Made by a program: the position numbers and the translations under genes. Source: Tubulanus polymorphus (Eukaryota; Animalia; Nemertea). Taken from it: 64,000 nt of DNA. The stretch lies in contig NC_134033.1 of NCBI RefSeq assembly GCF_964204645.1, positions 16,128,655 to 16,192,654 on the forward strand, read 5' to 3'. The first letter of the stretch is position 1. Every line of letters starts with the position of its first letter. Shown one piece after another: positions 61,201-64,000 of the stretch. Below the pieces are notes generated by a model. The model was not told where the DNA came from. It ran no database searches and saw only the letters and a list, made by a program, of their open reading frames with translations.

Positions 61201-63648
61201 AATCATGAACATGACGTCTGCCTTTTCTCTAACTGAAGATAGTCAAATTTTCGAAATATTGGTTCTGATTCAATAAACCATTTTACAGTTACTCCGTCAT
61301 TTTGTTGGGGTAACATTGTCCTTATTGCTGGGTCATTTTTTTCTCTTTTTTAAGAACTATTTATAATATTTGAATATAAAAGATCTATTCTTACCTCCTT
61401 GTGCAGCCTGAATACACTTATTTCCGATTCTGAAGTATCCAGGTTTGCATTTGCCTAAATAAAACCGATTTCAGGGAATATTAGAAAATCTCATGATTCA
61501 GTATATATAGTAAAGCATACTTGGATGTTCTTGTGTAATTTAATTGATCTATTTACCCGGTCTTTGACATTTCGAGTTTTGCGAGACGAAACCTTTCGGA
61601 CACCTTATCTCGGCTGTAAATAGAGAAAGCGTCAAAACTCAAAATGCCACAAAATGGATGGACATATCGTTATTATTTTCTAATGATTTCAGGATTTTGC
61701 TGTGATTTCATCACGGCTTAGATTTAATGCTAGCCTGAAAGCGTCTTAGTTCTATAGCCAATTCAACGATATGAGTCCAGTCTCGAGATTTAAGACTATC
61801 TTATCGAGGTCCAGAAGAAATGGGATTTCTCAGATAAAAAGCCAAGTCAAAGGCTATTAGCGCAGGGCCCACTCTCGGTATGAGATATTTTCTAAGAAAT
61901 ATGGAATTCCCGAAACGATGAATGTCAAATTTACGGGTTTTAATGATCTTTGTCGTGGCGAAAAGGGCAACCTCCGTGGGACCGAGACCATTCCTTGAAT
62001 CTGCCCCTGCGTTTACCATGACTATCCTACGATGGTTTCAGCAATAGTAAAGTTACCTTTACAATAGCCCCACAGTTTGTCCTGATCATAGTATTTGGTA
62101 GTAGCGCACCACGGCCGTTTAGCGTTCAGCAAAATACAAGTATCATAACTTTTCTCTTTATAAACGAAAGGAAAGATGCACAGCTTCCCGCCTCCAGTTC
62201 CTTCGACTGTTTTTATTTTCACTACAAAAAAAAGCGTGACAAGAAAATCAACGTCTAATTTTCAAAACATTGAAATTGAAGACAATGAACTTACGGGGGG
62301 GGGGGGTTACCGGCGGGCGCACACCAGATAGCTAACAGAACACTCACGCACCTGTTCTTTCGTTCGTCACTTTAATACATTTCGAGCCTTCTTTTTTGTA
62401 ATGAACAGGACATTGACCTCTATCTATACAGATATAAACAGACGCGTTAAGAATGTCACTAATTCAAGTCCTGTACCGTCTTGTGTCGCAGTGGAACTGA
62501 GGTTATCAACCAGAGATGATACGATACGTACTGTAGATACGATGACAGATTCCATTTCGTCTTTCAAACCCTTTTGGACACGTGGTCGGTGTACCTATAA
62601 ATATATTGTACATTAATGTTGCATTTCTACTAAATTGTAATATGTTTAACTGATCTGCTTCGTGTTATTCAGCGGGTAGACGGGTGGTTGGTGCAAAGTT
62701 TAAAAGGGTAGACGGGTGGTTGGTGCAAAGTTTAAAAAGGAATGTGATCTAGTTTCGAAAGGAAGCCAATTCTAAAACGTTATGGCAATTTGTAGCCAGC
62801 TCTATAGTCAGTCAGTTCTAGCCAGTTCTAATCAGTACTAATCGGCTAGCCGTGAGAACCAGTTCTCAGTTCTAACTGAATCTTGCCGGTTCTAATCAGC
62901 CAGCTGTAAGGACTAGTACCAGTTAGATCTAGTTAGTTCTATTTTCAAATTCAGACACCAACCGCGGTAACCGAGGATCGATCGAATATCGTTTTTTTTC
63001 TCCGAGAATTATAGTTGAAATTTAATTGTCGGAGAACACCTGTTGGGATCGGAATTAGGAATTCATTAGTAGCGATCGGAACGAACCAATCGATTCGGTT
63101 CTCTGCATCTAGCCGTAGTACATCCTCGCTTGTCAGGGTTTGAAGCTCACCACGCCGACACAAACCCATCATTGGTCTGTTACACCGCCCAAAATTTCTT
63201 GAGCGGACAGGTTGTCGCTCAGCGGTCACCAGTCTATATATCTAGCCAATCAGGTACGTTGTACTGATCTGCCGGCGAAAAATAAACGCTATTGATCGGC
63301 TTAATACATAGACTGGTGGCCGCTGACTGGCAACCTGTCCAAGAATTTTTGGTGGTGTTATACACCAATGAAGGGTTTGTGGCCAGGCAACCAAACCCTG
63401 GCAAGCGAGGATGCCCGGAGTATACGGTTCCAACACTAACCCATTATTTTACTGTACAACCACTGGCTGGATCGTTTCACCTTGACCATAACGAAATTTC
63501 CGGTTCCGGTAACAGCCTTCATTTCACGTTTGTTCACCTTGTCGTTGGCGACCCAGTAAATTTCAATTCTTTTCTTCCTCAATTCTCGTCCGATTCTCGA
63601 TGAAGCTAACATGTTGTTCGAACTGCCAGCTCCCAGTACCACTATTAC
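36192..63648 (-). CDS. Giant VWA/FN2/Cys-module/Lys-rich repetitive extracellular protein, 5'-partial (58 exons, 13635 nt in window)
   Basis: Exons: 63441-63648, 62532-62594, 62352-62423, 62057-62221, 61557-61613, 61395-61454, 60993-61232, 60255-60446, 59209-59322, 58917-59006, 58731-58790, 57819-57893, 56947-57000, 56744-56803, 56428-56598, 56095-56259, 55977-56000, 55832-55888, 55635-55691, 55199-55363, 54869-55054, 52712-54547, 52585-52635, 52457-52504, 52325-52378, 52182-52226, 47750-52045, 47326-47427, 47162-47221, 46833-46892, 46675-46725, 46047-46103, 45448-45654, 45183-45332, 45041-45100, 44694-44750, 44554-44604, 44441-44458, 43888-44352, 43701-43805, 43562-43621, 43410-43487, 43023-43073, 42787-42942, 42168-42440, 42027-42083, 41747-41797, 41597-41653, 41361-41420, 41237-41268, 40939-41158, 40707-40823, 40329-40551, 39602-39927, 38773-38820, 38487-38549, 37634-38191, 36192-37288. 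Splice phases are compatible throughout and the total is divisible by 3. Confidence 0.88.
37634..38191 (-). CDS. VWA domain 4 (single exon, degenerate MIDAS)
   Basis: KLDVVFLIDTSRYMG...IRVGLVTY...YRGG...GGR...LLVIIGAG. Confidence 0.9.
39602..40551 (-). CDS. VWA domain 3 (two exons, near-intact MIDAS)
   Basis: ADIVFMLDSSDSVG...YQRGSTNMAKAL...GARPGVPKLAIMITNGKS...LFVIGIG. Confidence 0.92.
40073..40312 (-). repeat. ~40-bp minisatellite (GGATCCAGTTCCACAG family) in the VWA3 intron
   Basis: CCACACAACTGTGGAA(C/T)TGG units, as at 12362-12705. Confidence 0.8.
43155..43294. mobile_element. MITE family B, full-length ~140 bp
   Basis: TIRs GGGGCCAGTTGCACAGTCGTGACTTA / TAAGCCATGACTATGCGACTGGTCCC. Confidence 0.8.
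43888..44352 (-). repeat. Coding 18-bp repeat exon, (EAEKPK)n, about 20 copies
   Basis: GAGGC(A/T)GAGAA(A/G)CCTAAG units in frame with the flanking phase-1 splice sites. Confidence 0.88.
47750..52045 (-). CDS. 4296-nt exon: Lys/Ser/Gly/Asp repeat blocks alternating with Cys-module clusters
   Basis: ORF 47742-52187. Repeats include SSKGKPSETGDKTKEA, GGEKGNKTESSASGK, KDKSSKDDKSKDTSK and KKPSDKSESKRT. Confidence 0.92.
52712..54547 (-). CDS. 1836-nt exon: Cys modules followed by (TAAGKPKEGKPEGKNK)n
   Basis: ORF 52698-54521; acceptor at 54548 and donor at 52711. Confidence 0.92.
54869..56598 (-). CDS. Four fibronectin type II domain exons (56428-56598, 56095-56259, 55199-55363, 54869-55054)
   Basis: Each matches C-x-FP(F/Y)-x-Y...C...WC(A/S)(T/V)..D(Y/F/M)D.D/Y..(W/Y)GYC. 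Confidence 0.93.
57206..57345. mobile_element. MITE family B copy
   Basis: TIRs GGGGTCGGTTCCATA / TATGGAACCGGACCC; internal sequence as in 43155-43294. Confidence 0.8.
58220..58534. mobile_element. Foldback element whose arms contain a tRNA T-arm/B-box motif
   Basis: CTCCCTGGCAGGGATTCGAACCTGATG... / ...CATCAGGTTCGAATCCCTGCCGAGGGAG; complementarity extends for about 80 bp. Confidence 0.6.
59209..61232 (-). CDS. VWA domain 2 (three exons, degenerate MIDAS)
   Basis: KADVMFMIDASSKMG...VAILTY...YNGGPSRLDRAI...GGR...LVLVGSG...IEIIYIST. Confidence 0.88.
59661..60021 (+). mobile_element. 5'-truncated non-LTR retrotransposon 3' end (L2/CR1 group)
   Basis: ORF2 C-terminal motif APQYL..LRS..RGFSYSAPLLWNSLP..FKSQLKTHLF, a short 3' UTR, AATAAA and an (ATT)n tail; TTGTGA at both junctions. 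Confidence 0.85.
62057..62221 (-). CDS. Fibronectin type II domain exon
   Basis: GKLCIFPFVYKEKSYDTC...PWCATTKYYDQDKLWGYC. Confidence 0.93.
63121..63413. mobile_element. Foldback MITE with long imperfect TIRs
   Basis: CATCCTCGCTTGTCAGGGTTTG / CAAACCCTGGCAAGCGAGGATG; the arms extend about 125 bp. Flanks CCGTAGTA and (C)CCGGAGTA resemble a decayed 8-9 bp TSD. Confidence 0.78.
63441..63648 (-). CDS. C-terminal part of VWA domain 1 (rest lies outside the window)
   Basis: VIVVLGAG...LRKKRIEIYWV parallels LVLVGSG...KRKRIEIIYI of VWA2. Confidence 0.75.
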
Positions 63649-63687
63649 CTGCAATACGTTAAGTAAAACAGCATCAATATTTTTTGT

Positions 63688-63900
63688 ACAGTGGAACTGC
63701 GTTACAGCGAACTTCTGGGCACCAGAAAATCTGTTCGTTATAACCGATAGTTCTATATACAGCCGAACCTCGTTACAACAAACTTCAGGAGACTAGAAAA
63801 TCTGTTCGTTATAACCGATAGTTCTATATACAGCCGAACCTGTTACAACAAACTTCAGGAGACTAGAAAATCTGTTCGTTATAACCGATAGTTCGCTATA
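63688..63900. repeat. 70/71-bp tandem triplication of a Tc1/pogo-like MITE terminus
   Basis: AGAAAATCTGTTCGTTATAACCGATAGTTC at 63724, 63795 and 63865; each unit starts TA|CAG(TG/CC)GAAC(TG/CT)(C)GTTAC. Confidence 0.8.
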
Positions 63901-64000
63901 ACCAGTATGAAATAATCACAATTTTCGTTAAGCGATAGTTCGTTGGATTCGGGATGAAATTGAAATAAATTGTCTTAAAAACTCTTTCGGGATGAAATTG

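Overview
Eukaryotic, animal-type genomic DNA: AT-rich, with short GT-AG introns and many MITEs. It is probably a marine invertebrate such as a lophotrochozoan, but the taxon is an inference. All gene models were spliced by hand. (1) An adenosine-receptor-like class A GPCR with an intronless CDS (1236-2294, minus). (2) A giant, 5'-incomplete minus-strand gene for a probably secreted matrix protein: 58 exons and about 4,540 codons from 63648 to a stop at 36192. It carries 4 VWA domains, 5 fibronectin type II domains, many two-Cys CPxG(Y/F)xxxx(x)xxC modules, and long Lys/Ser/Gly- and Glu/Lys/Pro/Thr-rich repeats. (3) Further downstream, 56 symmetric phase-1 micro-exons (34235-16013), almost all encoding one such Cys module, end in a terminal exon at 15078-15364. 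This is probably an alternative 3' end of the same gene. (4) Two identical tRNA-Cys(GCA) genes lie antisense, right in front of this Cys-rich array. (5) One intron of the array holds an intact 5-exon antisense gene (21183-23519, plus) for a 281-aa protein with the catalytic motifs of herpesvirus-tegument-like (peptidase C76/VTD) deubiquitinases. The ORF track shows it only as fragments. (6) One intact minimal hammerhead ribozyme plus several decayed copies, a tRNA-derived SINE, an L2-like LINE 3' end, several MITE families, and satellites that grew inside MITEs.
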